Shown: in pieces, positions 13,740 through 27,364 of the stretch | How positions within the stretch are numbered: position 1 is the first letter of the stretch | Layout of the letters: each line of letters opens with the position of its first letter | Origin: Balanoglossus misakiensis | Taxonomy: Eukaryota; Animalia; Hemichordata | Assembly: GCA_040954595.2 (NCBI GenBank) | Contig: CM082597.2 | Coordinates: forward strand, 7,832,343 to 7,896,342 | Reading direction: 5' to 3' | Length of the DNA stretch: 64,000 nucleotides | Position numbers and translations under genes: made by a program | The notes under the pieces: model-generated | The model's input: the letters and a program-made list of their open reading frames with translations, nothing else | Told to the model about the DNA's origin: nothing | Databases searched by the model: none

Positions 13740-14187
13740 CCCCTAAAGAATGTGAAAAAGTGATGCAAACATTAAAATATGTATAATGTTTTTGTAATAC
13801 TTTACTGGCATTGTCATTGTTGTTATGTCTGGCGAATGTTCCTTTGCAATCGCCTCATTAATTATTCATGAGGTGATGAAAGTGGGGACACAAATATCCG
13901 GCAAGGAGAGCGCACCTCGGACTAGCGTGTTACGCCGGCCCAGGCCCAGCACCAATGCTAGCATGCCATACACTGGCCAGTTTGAACCCCCTAGGTATTA
14001 CGCTGACAGCTGGCTGCGTCTGTCAGCCTACCCATTAAACTGCAGGGGCCTTTCCCCATTTGGGGGGGGGGGGGGTCCAGCTAAATGAATGGCATAAACG
14101 AATGACAATAGGTTTCACAATCTAATGGCAACATGTGTTAGCCAAAGAAAAGAAATAGCAATCTATCATAGTTGATATAAATATTAA

Positions 14188-14371
14188 AGGTATACTGTCA
14201 CCTGTGGAAAATTAGCTATAGTTACCATGGCAAATTGAGATCTAGCCAATCACAGATTTTCAGTGGGTGGCACACGCGAAAAAAGGAGCGCCACCATATA
14301 TTCTCGAGAATGTTTAAATACGCCATTTCAGCCATATATGGCCGTATGTAAATCTGGAGGACTGTATACCT
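14188..14371. mobile_element. TTAA-flanked MITE (Kolobok-like)
   Basis: TTAA|AGGTATACTGTCAC...GACTGTATACCT|TTAA. Confidence 0.65.
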
Positions 14372-14514
14372 TTAAGTAAGACAAGTAAAGCACCCCAAAT
14401 TAAAAGGAGTGAGGCCTCCATTTCCGCAGCATAGAATTAGGATAGGATAGTCGCCAATGGGGCTTGTATAAGCCACAATAAACCGAATGACAGTTGTAAC
14501 TTTGAAAACACTTA

Positions 14515-14657
14515 AGCAATAAAGCACCCCCAGCCATGGTATACCACGAGATTTTGACCAGTTCACGACATATACGCACGAGCGATAGCGAGTGCGTATA
14601 TGGAGTTGAACTGGTCAAAATCGAGTGGTATAACATGGCTGGGGTGTTTTATTGCTA
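14515..14657. repeat. About 140-bp imperfect hairpin (inverted repeat)
   Basis: agcaataaagcacccccagccatggtataccac..gattttgaccagttca...tgaactggtcaaaatc..gtggtataacatggctggggtgttttattgct. Confidence 0.75.
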
Positions 14658-14955
14658 TTATATTATGCCAGTATATTGAAACTTTGCATAAAACATTTTA
14701 AAAAGGCATTTTCTTTGACTATGATATATGACTGTGGTATATGGCTAATATATCACGGTCACGTGTCGTGTCTCGACCAATCAAATAGCGTGATTTACAC
14801 CATCAATATACTTGTATAATATAATAGTAATTTTTCCATGGTTAGATTATGCCATGCTGGTAAATAATTCGAAAATGCGACACTCCTGGCATCAATAATT
14901 GCACATATTAAATTGTAATCAAAATGAGAAGTATTCGTTGCAAATGGGGAGAATA

Positions 14956-15173
14956 TACTGTAAAACGGGTTATTTTCGCAACAGAAATTTTCGCGATATT
15001 AACGGAGGCAACTGTTATGCGAGGATTAATTTTTTCGTTCTCTTATTTTTACTGGTTAGTCATCTCTGAAAAAAAAACCCACATTTTAGGCGACTTTTTA
15101 TTTTCACGGGTTTTTTGGCTCGCGCGTATTTCGCGAAAATGTATTGCTCGCGAAAATAACCCGTTTTACAGTA
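14956..15173. mobile_element. MITE with about 24-bp TIRs
   Basis: TACTGTAAAACGGGTTATTTTCGC...GCGAAAATAACCCGTTTTACAGTA. Confidence 0.75.
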
Positions 15174-16399
15174 GTAATTCAATCATTCCTTAATTAAACC
15201 AATATGACAAACACTGCAGGCACGTAGTACGTGTACTACATACTAGCTGATTATACAGACTGTCCATTAAACAACATGCTATTATCACAAAATAGTTCCA
15301 ATCGCATTATAAAGTGCTATCTCAGGACAGAGTTCTGAGTAACCCTGCGGATGCATCAGCTCAAATAACAAATGAATGACAATAGTTCTGAAATAAATGC
15401 TGATATCATTTACTTTTGATTGTGGTAGACTATTGATATCTTTGTTTTGAAAGCCGGCTATTCTTGAAACCCAACTCCATTTTCCACACACGCATTTCGG
15501 CGTTTGTCAGTTGTATTTTAATTTGGGGGTAAACGTAAACATTTTATTTCTAGTAAATGCGGAAAAGCCCCAAAAACTGTAATGTTCTCCATTATTTTCA
15601 TGATTTTATAATTCCAACTTAGGCCTATGTCCATCTAAATAAGGTTACTGCTACGCATATATGAACATCCTTAAAGGGCCAAAGTCTCTCTTTCGCTGCC
15701 CCTTTTTTCATTAATTATGTTTGACATAAGACACCGTTTATATTAATGAACATGTCTATATAATGAATCAACGTTTGACCACACACACCTTCCGTCCTGC
15801 TTTCTTTTATCATATTAGAACAAGAAGACTTGTTTTTTTTTCATGTAACGGAAATAGACCCCAATATACAGAATGGACTTTGAAACGATAGGCAGGTCCG
15901 GCCCATAGCACTATTTTAGGAAGTGCTTCATGAGATTTGAATATGCAAATACACTTCATAAGATTTGAATATGCAAATACACAAAGTAGACATTAATTTC
16001 TTATAAACCAATCAGACACATTTTCTATTTTATGAACCAATCACTATGTCAAAGTTTTGCGCATAGCGCAAAGAGAAATGTATATAAGAACATGCTTTAG
16101 ATACCGAAATTCACCAGTCTGATCCCCACCACAGTCTGCAATCATCTCGACGAACAGAACAGTTTTGGTATGTACATGAATTTTCGATATTTCGCGTTCG
16201 TATTTGTGTCTTTAATCGAAATGCAGTCTTGACGATACAGATAAACTGTAAAATTGTATGAAGGTGAAGTTTTGAAACAATTTTCTTCTTATCATTAGGA
16301 GAAGCCACGGATTTTAGCTGATCAATTTTCCAAAAAATGCATGGGGTTGGCATAACCATAATTTGAATTATGTGAACTCTAATCCTTCTACATAATTTC

Positions 16400-16406
16400 T
16401 ATATAG
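16400..16406 (+). promoter_or_regulatory. Candidate TATA box of the WxxW-domain gene
   Basis: TATATAG about 50 nt upstream of the ATG at 16453. Confidence 0.4.
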
Positions 16407-16452
16407 ATCTGATCCACTGAAGATAGCACCTTGTCTGTTCAACAACGGAAAG

Positions 16453-19400
16453 ATGAAAGGTTATTGGGCTCTGCTAATTATTGCATGTGTGGTCTCTGCC
16501 TACACAAGGTAACTATTCACTTATAGTATCTCTGCGATTTCTACACCACAATTTATCCTATTTTTCTTTCATTATCCGGACAAAACACTCTACTAGGCAG
16601 TTCACATCACTCAAAAAGGCTAGGACCTTGTTCTAGCAAGGTCCGTGGCAGAGTAAAAAAATGTGTGAACGGGTCTGGCTGACCCTTGTCAGGACAAGTT
16701 TTGTCCCAGTCGAATGGGGTGGTTTGTGGTCGACTCTGGTCCCAGACCGGTGTGTGTGGACATGTTTTGTCCGACTCTGGTTCTAGTTGACACCTTTTAC
16801 AATTCACATAAACAGTGTAGTCTATCATTTGTCAATGGTGAAAATCGTACAAACAACCAGAAGAGGACCAACATGGTTCTGCTTTATACGGTCAAAGGTT
16901 AGCGAGACGATGTTGGCCAGGACTGTCTGAAACAAAATGTGAACAGGGACTAAAGATTAGCTTATCTTTCACAATCATCAGGATTAGTTTTGCCTGGCCA
17001 TGGGCCTAGATGTGAACCCAGCATACATGACATTTGTTCAATCCGAGCTAAGCTCGTGGAAGTACTGCCGCGAACTATATAACACTAGGAGTACACATGT
17101 ACACCGTGACTGTATCACGGGTGACAATAACTTCAACAAGGCACAGATCGCTGCACAGAAGTCAGGCGAGACGCGCCGTCTCATGTCCAAAATGTTAATC
17201 ATTATGTACAATCGGTATCCACTTTTGTGTGATTTGGACTCCTATGTTTTTAATTAAACGATAATGTTGAAATAATCATGACCACATTTAACATTTCCAT
17301 ATATTAATATGTTTGTACACATCTCTGTAGTTAAAAATAATTCTGATGACAGGCCACAGCTAATGCATTAGTTTTCCTGTACGTGTGCTATCATGCATAA
17401 TCACATTAGGTTTGATATTTGACACCTCTTACTAAAGACAGAACGTGTTATAATCAATTAAATGGCTTTTCTGGCTTTGAATGCTATCGTATGATATTCT
17501 TGTGTCTTTATACTATATCAGGTTAGATGCAATGGTTCCAGATTTTTCGCTGCAGGGCTATTAAAAATGTCTGTCATACCATCGAGAATTTTTCTGCTGC
17601 AGCTTTGATGGGACAGGCCTGTGGCAGGTAGACTGCTACAGGTCGGCGTCCATATTGCTGCATATGACCCGTTGGTTAGACATGCACCGGACATGCACCA
17701 GACCTGGTGAACTTTGATTATGTAGGAGTATACATGTACACCATGACTGCACTTCTAGGTAATATAGAAATGTAAAATGTTCCCTGCAACAGGTAAAGAC
17801 ATTCTCAAATGTATGTTTCTGTTGGTGTACCGGTGTGTTAATGTCCAGGTGGCTCACGTTATGTCTCCCATTCTTATTTCAACAGGACATCTGCCGAACC
17901 AGGTATGTTTCCATATGTTTAATAATCAAAAAGAAAAATAATTTCATGAGACTCATGTGTCTTTTTGTGGCAAATGGCTGATCATATACGGTCGAAAACC
18001 ACTAAATATGAACAGATCCGCCTATTTTAAAGGGAAGGGGTCGTCGCGTCGCGTGGGTGTCCCCCTTTGATGAGAATATGTCCTCCAATACCAACACAAA
18101 CCTCACTGCAGTCGCCACGACCTACTAGATCTTCAGTTGCTGTCATGCCCAGTTTACGTCGCTACGGTTGGCTGATTCGTTCATTCTAAGAATTATCTAA
18201 TTTCAGGGATTTGTGGATGAATTGTACTGTTTGTAAACAAACAAACGCTGCGCGATAACCGCTTTCTAACAAAGGAGTCAAGCCTGACGATACAGTGCCT
18301 TCAGAGGAAACTATAAACAAACTAAACACAGCAAACAACTTTTGCCGTTGACATGGTGAATTGCGAAAACCTTCGTGTGTCGTACATAGATTTGATAATT
18401 CAAATTTCCCTTTATGTAAATACAACAACTAACGTGGTCACTAATCTACGATCTTACATTCCACATAAGGCTAAATGCAAAACTTCTTTGTGTTTTGACT
18501 TGGCTAAATTCATAACTCAGCGTTAAAAGTGGTCACTTCGGTTGTTTAGACTTGGTTTGAATGCAGCTTTCATCACTAGATTGCAACTCGACCAAAGAAA
18601 TAATCGGTCTCTACCGTTTATTCAATTTGGTGAGATTTTAACTCTCATATCCTAAAACGTGATGGAAGTTGTGTGAGGTCGAACATTGATTCACTAGTCT
18701 ATATATCCACATGTAGAATAACATAAACGGTGTCTTGTTTCACACATAATTAAAGGGAAAAGGGCAGCAAGAGAGAGACTTTGTCCCTTTAACTATAATT
18801 TTCATCACCAGAGTGCAACGGTGAATGGACACGTTTTTTCGACCGAGATAATCCAGCTGCTACTGGAGATCATGAAACCTTAGAAAGATTGAGAAGCGAA
18901 CATCGCGGCGAAATTTGCGAGAACCCGACAGCGATTTATGCCGAGACCCTCAGCGGTGTACCAGCCGTGAAGACGGGAGAAAAGTTCAATGCGTACGACA
19001 CAGAGACAGGTTTCATTTGTCTTAATGAAGACCAATATGGTGGATCTTGTTTGGACTATAGAGTGAAATTCTGCTGTGCAGGTATGGCTGAGTCGTTTAA
19101 TGTGGGAGACCAAGTGATTGTGCGTGAATAGTCAAAATAGTTTTTTATTGGAGATCAGTCGATGATAACATTTCTTAATTATCTTGTGTTGATTTTAGTT
19201 TCTTCCACTTTCGAAGAAATTTGGACCTCCAGAATCAACTGCATACAAAAGAAAAACATTTGTTGAATGATACTAATGGAACGATGTCTTGTTTCAAACA
19301 TAATTAAAGGGAAATGGGCAGCAAGAGAGAGACTTTGTCCCTTTAACTATAATTTTCATCACCAGAATGCAACGGTGAATGGACACGTTTTTTCGACCGA

Positions 19401-19634
19401 GATGATCCATCTGCTACGGGTGATTGGGAAAACTTAAACAAATTGAGAAGCAAGTATCCCGGCATAATTTGCGACAACCCGACAGTGATTTCTGCCGAGA
19501 CTCTCGGCGGGACGCCAGCTGAGTTGACGGGCGAGACGTTCTATGCGTACAACACAGATGTAGGATTCATTTGTCGTAATGAAGACCAATGTGATGGATC
19601 TTGTAGTGATTATAAAGTCAGATTCTGCTGTTGA
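16453..19634 (+). CDS. Small secreted protein, 203 aa, with two tandem Mucin2_WxxW (CysD/CILP-type) domains
   Basis: Exons 16453-16508 (MKGYWALLIIACVVSAYTR, signal peptide), 17-nt micro-exon 17886-17902, 18812-19081, 19366-19634; 612 nt in frame. Each domain reads ECNGEWTRFFDRD.P..TGD.E...C.NP...GFIC.NEDQ..GSC.DY.V.FCC; AATAAA at 19844. Confidence 0.85.
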
Positions 19635-21846
19635 GTTGCCAAAAATTTAGGTCCAGATCACCTTTCTGTCATTTGACATGATTATGAAACGGCTAGAAGT
19701 GATGTTATTCTTTTCTTTTCTTGATTTTCAAAGTATGAAACTATGGAAATGATTCCTATAAGCATTTTAAAGTTGAAATTATAATGGGCTCCTATGCTGG
19801 ACTATCAATTTGAGATGTGTCGTACGTACCAACTCAGAAACTCAATAAAACTGTGAATCTATGTATCGCAAATTGGTCTTTTCTTGTTCTTTATATGACG
19901 TGTGACTTTTATTCTGGTGACCTAGCTTACACCCTATTTTCATCGGTATTTTATAACAAAGCATGTTTATTTATATTTAACGGTTAGGGTTGGGGTTAGG
20001 GTTGAATTGCCCCACAGCATCACTCCCTATAAATATACATGTATCCAACACCTGACATGTCAACAGCAAAAAAACACAAAAAAAACAGACAGACAGACAA
20101 ACAAACAAACAAAAGAAGGAAACAAAATAAATAAATAAATAAATAAATAAATAAGTAAACATATTTTTCACATCAAAAACAACAACACACATATACACAT
20201 ACACAAATCAAGAACACTGGCCAGGGAAATAAGAAAACACTAAGAATTCTGTCATTATAACTAAATGATAGCCAAGGCTCTCGCACATATTGAATTCTTA
20301 TGGCTGCTTATCAACAACACACTGCTTCTTCAAAAACTGTCCCAGAAATAAAGTGTTTGCACTACTTTCCAACCCATTCACGAACGATATGAGTGATATG
20401 GTCACATTTTTTATTCCCTGGTAACAAGTCGAGCCGCCGAATTTGGAATTGTTTGCAGTTCCTGCATAGCGCCCTCTAGAGGGGTCATAGTCCATGTATT
20501 TAGACCATGTATTTCACAGATATCAACTGAAGCGTTTTTCACTTCATCCGGTGTAGTCAAGGATCTATGTACTCTGGGCACCGTACTCCTCACGGGATCT
20601 GATATCATCAGATCAGTACAAGATCCTCTTGTACTATAACGCGGCTGTTCTAAGTCTGATTCGCTTCTATGTTCTACGGTCAAATTGTCTATATGAATGT
20701 GACATTTTGGTGCGTAGCTTCCAATCCTTAACCTTTTGAAATGAAATACGGTGATATTTGCACGTGTGTATTTTTGTAATTTTTGCTCAAAAACTAAGAA
20801 TTGACATCTCAAACTACAAGTCTTTATTTTTTGCTGCAATCTGGCGTGTCGTCATTTGATCGAGCCATCATTATTTAAGCACGCTGGAGTTGGGCGGGGG
20901 TTAGAGGGGATGGTGTCACTAAAAAGGTGGAAAGCTGCAAAGGGGGTTCTCAAACATAGCTTGACTAAAGGGGGGGCTACTCATTTTCAGGTCTCATTTT
21001 GTATATGGATATTATGTGGTCCCTATGCGTGTGTCTGTATCTATGTGTTGATATGTATCACATGAATGAAGAAATGCAACATTTCTATCCCTGCACTTAA
21101 ACTAGACCATTTCTGGTCATTTTGCTCTGTGGGAGATAAACGAACGCTGAGGGAGGGGAGGGGCCAATCGCAGAGGGTCTCCTTATTTTGAGTCTGCAAA
21201 GGGGGGGGGGGGCGGTGGTATGTTGTGATATTGCTCGGAGCAAAGCTATCTTCGGCCATTTTAAAAGTGTTGGCATCACAAGGACTTGTGAGTAATATCG
21301 ATTGTTCATCAAAAAAGACAAGCATGGCACAACGACCAGTCATTTTAATGTGAACATGTGATTACATACTTGTAGATAGAATATTTCAATCAAAGTAGAA
21401 ATAAATATCTATAAGGTATTGTGACTGAGGGTGATTCTTATAATATAAGAATTACAATTCATTTCCCAGGGAACTTGACATGCAATATTTAATTTTTTTA
21501 TCAATAATAATAAAATGAATATTGCGATTAAAATTACAGAAAACAAATAAATAAATACACATTTTTGTCAACAAATTGAAAGTCGTGTTCACATTCCCTG
21601 GTGTGAATAGGTATCAACATATTGATTGACTAAGGAAAATATATTTCTGTACTCATCTAGTAGTCGCAGAAATTGTTGCCTGAAATTCAGGTATGTCAAC
21701 TGTGGCTGATGCAGAACCGTGTCACACAAAGCTAACTTTCAGGTCATGCCACTCCAGTGGGATTACATCAATGTCACACTTACGTCATCCAAGTATGTCT
21801 TGAAAGTGGGCAGCCATTTCTACATGTGGATTTCCATGTTTTCTGC

Positions 21847-22530
21847 CAGTGTTCTCCCTGGGCCCAGAGGGAAGCAAGGTGGCTAATTTGCATATTTTAT
21901 GCAAACTAATTTGCATAACATATTCATGCAATTTGCATAATGAACTCTGCAGGCTTACAAGTTTCTTTACAGGTTTTCTATTCTTCTGTACCATCCATCA
22001 CATTCATATACACAAAAATTGCACAACAAACTCAAAATTATAAGTCCTGCTATTTATTTACTTATTTACATACTGTCAAAAACCACAATTAAAAGCAAAT
22101 GAGATTTGTAGCTGTCAAAAGCAAGGCGGATCTTTCTGTGCTTCATCTGGCTCCAGATCTTTGCTGTTCTTTTAAAATCAAAGTTTTCTGGAGTGGGTCC
22201 TTCTATGGATACCTTAAGGAGTGCATTAAGAACATGCTCAGAGAATCTGTTACGTAGGCGAGTCTTGATTCGGCCTAGGGCACTGAAGCCTCTCTCACAA
22301 TCTACAGGAAGAAAATAATGAATATGTCATCACATTGTACAAAAATTACTTTTTTAACACATAAAACAGAAAAATAAGAAACTTAGATAAAATTATCAAT
22401 AGCTTGAGAAAAAACAACAATTATACTGCTTTGTATGTGCTATGTTCACAAATGCATTACACATACCTGCAGTTGATACTGGAACAGTTAAGGCTAAACG
22501 CTGGCTACCCGCAGGGTTGTTGATGTGATA
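21847..22530 (-). mobile_element. hAT transposon 3' remnant (spliced C-terminal dimerisation domain plus one terminus)
   Basis: Minus strand RLALTVPVSTA|intron|DCERGFSALGRIKTRLRNRFSEHVLNALLKVSIEGP (hATC/ZNF862-like); CAGTGTTCTCCC terminus at 21847. Confidence 0.75.
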
Positions 22531-22673
22531 TGTGTTGCATTTAAAAGTCCTACCATGTGTGCATACCTTCATAGTACATCTGAACCTCTGATTGGTCTTC
22601 AGACTCAAAAAAGTTATGTGCAAACACATACTGTTTGATACAGTAATAACAACTTCATTTCATTTACTTTTAA

Positions 22674-23088
22674 GGATGTACACGCAGAACATAAACCGGA
22701 AAACTGCGCGCACCTGTCTTTTCCCCATAGGATGACATTGATAATCGCTAGAAAACAAACTTCTACTATTGTCATTTTCACGAAATTTCACATATAGCTC
22801 AGTCCAGTAAATATAAATTCATTGGTCAAATAAAATATAGGGGTCACCGGGCTCTATTTTGAGATAAATTGCGTTAAATATTTTGCCCACAGACAAACCA
22901 TTGGTGAAATATGCTGAGTCGGCAGTTTTCTTCTATTATCGACTTAATTCATGGCTCTGTATTTCAAAAACAAGCGCGATGACCCCTATATTTTATTATG
23001 GGTTTTCCTTATACATGCAAAGGAGAATCCAAAAAGCCACAATTTAAAAAAAAATGACAATACTTTCAATTTTACTGAACGTACATCC
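22674..23088. mobile_element. TTAA-flanked MITE (Kolobok-like); internal part homologous to about 48378-48540
   Basis: TTAA|GGATGTAC...GTACATCC|TTAA. Confidence 0.65.
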
Positions 23089-23372
23089 TTAAACAATTCA
23101 AGAGCATTAACAGTAGTGCAACTTTGTTACGTCTCTTCCCAATGGTCTCAATTCTTGTGAAATGCACGTACAGGTTCTTCGCCACATAATTTCACCACTC
23201 TTCATGTTGGTAGGTTTGTAACATCAGTCTTCGTACTTCCCCACCTCGTCTTTTGTTGAGGAGAATTATTTGTGACAATGTGACTTCTTCTAAGGAGGGC
23301 AATCACTCCTTCTCGGAATCTGTGTTTCTTTGTTTTCCTTCTATGCTTCGACTGTTTTCCTGCTTCCTGAGC

Positions 23373-23790
23373 TCAATAGACCCCGGATGTACCTGCTGCG
23401 GGCACTTCTATAGTATTTCCAGTAAAGTCCCTGGATTCCCAGAATATCTTTAACATCCTACTCATTACTCTTCTGGTGTATAATACTTGCCTAACAGTAC
23501 ATTCTTCAGGCTTGATATCTCTGTGCAGTATTCCAGTCCTTGTAGAAATTGGATACATAGCTCCACTCTTCTGTCATATGTAAGACTCTTTCGCATTGGA
23601 CATTTCTTGTCTTGTATTAATTCTGATAAGTTGTACTCACACAACGGGGTTACAAAGTAAGTAAAGTCTTCATCCTGTTCACAGCATATACCCAAAGGAA
23701 CCAGGGATTATATACGGCTCTCAATGATTTTTCTCCAGGTGCACTCGTATGGGGGAAATATGATTCAGAAGGATTTCCCTGAGTTTGTTG
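23373..23790 (-). pseudogene. Frameshifted protein-kinase fragment (IRE1/RNase L-like kinase lobe)
   Basis: CCEQDEDFTYFVTPLCEYNLSELI...LCIQFLQGLEY, then HRDIKPE and NVLLG in different frames. Confidence 0.6.
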
Positions 23791-24341
23791 GCTGTATTAA
23801 ACGTTAACGATAAAAACAGACAATAGAATATTATCAACGTATAACTATTACTATTAAAAACTGTAACTATAACTGTTAATACATATAAGATATTGAGAAG
23901 GTGTGGGTGTGTGTTACATGAGACAATTTTTCTGGGAATTATTATCATCATCATCGCCATTATCACCATTGCCAGGCATATTGTAAATAATTTTTATGTT
24001 TTTCATAAGTTCTAAATAATTTCTCCTTTACCTGTCCAGTAAATACTACAACTTTAAGCAGATGATGTAAATATCTGATAATTGGTGTTTTTTGTTATTA
24101 TAAAATTATCTCATTTGTCGTCAATTTCAGAGATCTGCATCTGTGGTTCTTCAATACTTGATTAAAAGCATTAGCAATTTCCGGAGATGCTGTTCTTCTA
24201 ATGAGGGCATTTACACCTTCCCGAAATCTATCTTATCTGCATTTCTTTGCCTTCCCTCTATTCTCCTTCATTTTACGACTCTTCGAGACTCATTTTTCCT
24301 GCTTCCTGAGCTCATTCTGCTGGATATACTTTTTTTGGTTT

Positions 24342-26263
24342 TGTCAGCGTCTTCTCCAGTTCAGCAGGCTCTTGGAAGCAAGCAGCTTTTTGTCCAAGAC
24401 CAAACCTTAAGGCAGTCTGACTGTATTCCTTCTTACCAGATGTGGCCCATGTCACTGGAAAGGATTTAAATGAGGATGTAATTTAGTGCAAGATTTATAA
24501 TAAAAAGTAGTAAAATAGATATTAATATTTATATGAATAAACTTTCGTAATGTTCAAATGTTTTACTATGTACTGTAGCTTAGGAGATTTATTGTGTGTT
24601 GTGAAAGACATGGCATCCATATCATTGGCAACAGTTTGGAGGATGGGTCTGCATGAATCAGATGTAAACACCGGCTCTCGCATAGGCTCTTTGTGCGTGA
24701 TTTCCATGATTATTTGTCAAATGTTGTCAGACTTCGGTATCATTCTACAGTGATGACTATCAAGGAAATTGATAAGTTTGTCTTCATGTACTACCTGATA
24801 GTTATTCTTCGATATCAAATGACGTCAGACGCGCTCAGGCGGCAGTTACGTTCGCATTCAAATTTCCAGATGACGGGCAACTTCAACAAAGTGGTGCAGC
24901 CAAAGACTGTGCAGACGAAACTCCATGAGGCTGATAAGGCACCTTACCATACGTGTCTGGCAGTTCTAGAGTAAAAACATACTCGGAAAAACTTTTACTG
25001 GATGGCGAAATATTGCTTGCCTGTCATCTGGAAATGACAACGCTGTGTGTCACATGGCCAAATCACGTGATTGATAGTAAAGAATTACTGGCTTCTTCTA
25101 ATAATTCATGATCACTTTCTGATACAAAACGCAGGTATGTATACAGTAGGTCAGATCGGTCACCGAAAAGCACTTCGTGAATAAAGGATGGGCCAACCCA
25201 ATAGGCAAGTAGCCGACTTGCTGCCATCCACTGGCAAGTATTCGAGCTACAGACTACAATGTACATTCTGAAATAATCGTTTGGGCAAGAACAAACTCAA
25301 ACTGTATTGAAAGGAATGGCAGGAAATGCATGTATTTCAGGTAAAAAGATCCATATCACAGTATCAAGACTAAGCTTCACCATGTGGGAATACTGACTAC
25401 ACAAATCCAACACTTTTCTGGTCACACGAACATATAGAGTGACAATCACTATGCACTTTCATTCGAACAGCAGGTAGATGTCAGATGTTCTGATCGTCCA
25501 CATCATCCTCCCAATCATAACCGGTCAACCTCAACGAGTGAGATATTTACAAATTATGTTCTTGATTCTAAAGGTGACTAGGGGATCCAAATGAAGCAAT
25601 TGCCCCATCCCCTCAGACTAATAGTTCATCGGCAAAGAACGTCTAATCCCCTGCATATGTTGAGGTAGGCTCCCTCGGGGATTACATTAACTGCTGCATT
25701 GAAGGGGTACAGGCGATTATCTGACACTTCTACTCAATCACTACAAAAGAGTACAACGTATGTTGTTTGCTTTCATCATATCGTTAAGCCTGGCACTCTC
25801 ATTTTACAACAAAATAAATAAAATTGTAGCAATTAATCACTCAGTCTGGCAGGAGTCACCTTGTAACCTTACCAGAGACTAATTTGCGAATTAATCTTTT
25901 GTTAAACTGTTTGACATTTATTAAACTGCACCTCAGTTGATTATTCAATTAATAATTCACCCAGAAACTATTGTTCTCTGTGAAGGTACTTGTGATTTAA
26001 TTTAACGACAGCACGGAAAACAAATTCTGAGTAAATTCTGTTTCTGGTGGTTTTACTAGCATAAGTGGTCTTAATTCTAAGTTTTAAAAAGCTCAGCTGG
26101 AAACTCGGCAAAAAAAAAACATTTTAATTTTAATATAATTCAGTTCCCCATAATGACGAACATTATATCGATAACGACTTACGAGAATGCGTTGCATTAT
26201 CGACCAAAATTCGTGTAATAACCCCTTTATCATACATGCCTACCTATAAAACAGTACGATTTG
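24342..26263 (+). repeat. 1.92-kb segmental duplication, copy A
   Basis: Near-identical to 27365-29286 (offset 3023); starts tgtcagcgtcttctcc, ends acagtacgatttg. Confidence 0.95.
24806..25083 (+). mobile_element. ISL2EU-derived MITE (278 bp), related to the element at 47555-54419
   Basis: AT|TCTTCGATATCAAATGACGTCAGACGCGCTCAG...ATCACGTGATTGATAGTAAAGA|AT; both ends, the TTCCAGATGACGGGCAA motif and the THAP 5' leader match the full element. Confidence 0.85.
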
Positions 26264-27364
26264 CGAAAATGCGCCGAGAAAAACAATTTCAAAGTTGAAC
26301 CGGGCGCCCTTGGATCACGGCAGTAGCCATGTTGTGACGTATGACGTGTGGGCCGTAGTATCATTTTAAGGGGGTTGGCAGCTTTCATTACGATGGGCAC
26401 ATCCGCATTCTAAATAAAATTGTCTACGTTCTCTTTCAAAATATCATGTTAACAATTATTTTGCATTGAGAATTTCAAAGAAGTAAAAATGATACATTCA
26501 ACATGGCAAAACCGCCAGCTTTGAAAACGTTATTACAGCTTCTAATAACCGAATTTTACAACACCCCTCTCCACTAGCGTCCTATGCCCCGTATGTCGCT
26601 CGCACGCGCAGCAAACTGTCGTGCCGCGCGTTCTCAAAAATAGTTCAAGATGCCGACAAAGCAGCAGCCTGCAGCAGCTCTGCAGCAGTTCTGCTGTGAA
26701 GGCATTCTGGTGCTCTTGCAGACACGCTGTGGGGTATTCGCGGAGAGTGTCTCTGCAGCAGTGGCAATGCGGCAGGTCGCAACTAAATGGGGCTCCACAG
26801 TAGAGGTGGTAATCCTTGCAATAAGGACACAAGAGCTTGCCGCAAAGTAGCCGCAAAGATGCAAAGCTTTTCTCTATGCAGAAATGATGCAAGAATAATT
26901 CTCAAAGGTACAAATCCATGCAGGGACACAAGAATTAACCTTTTTATGATCTCCAACTTTGGTTGACCTTAATTGATATCAGATGATGTGAAACAAAGGT
27001 AGTAATTGGCCAAAGTCATTTTGCCGCCATTTTCTAAACTTGCAAGCTTCAAACTACAAGTGTCTCTAGCTAGCTGCCAGATCATGAGTATGTTCAGGTG
27101 GACTGTCTTTCATTTAATGCTTTTGGATGTACCAGATGCCAACACGGAGGTACAGCAGAAGACATGCGTTATTGGCAGATCTTGCTATCTAACATAAATA
27201 CAATGAATCAATGCTAAAATCAACTGTTGATAAAATAAAAGGCTCGACAGTCGGTCTCAAAAAGTTGGTATGCATACCAAACTGTTTCCTCAAATTCCTG
27301 TACACTGCATGCTTACTGTACTTTGCGTCCATTGTGTTATCCAAGCAAGCGAAAAAAAGAAACA

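Noticed and set aside
15943-16043. Octamer and CCAAT clusters as a promoter of the WxxW gene
   Set aside because: They arise from short local tandem duplications next to MITE debris, about 400 bp from the ATG; function cannot be supported.
19982-20003. Telomere (TTAGGG-like) sequence, also near 53178-53190
   Set aside because: Only 2-3 imperfect units inside simple-repeat or TE context.
26542-26892. Cys- or Gln-rich ORFs on both strands
   Set aside because: Low-complexity GCA/CTG-rich sequence with no domain motif or clear splice context.
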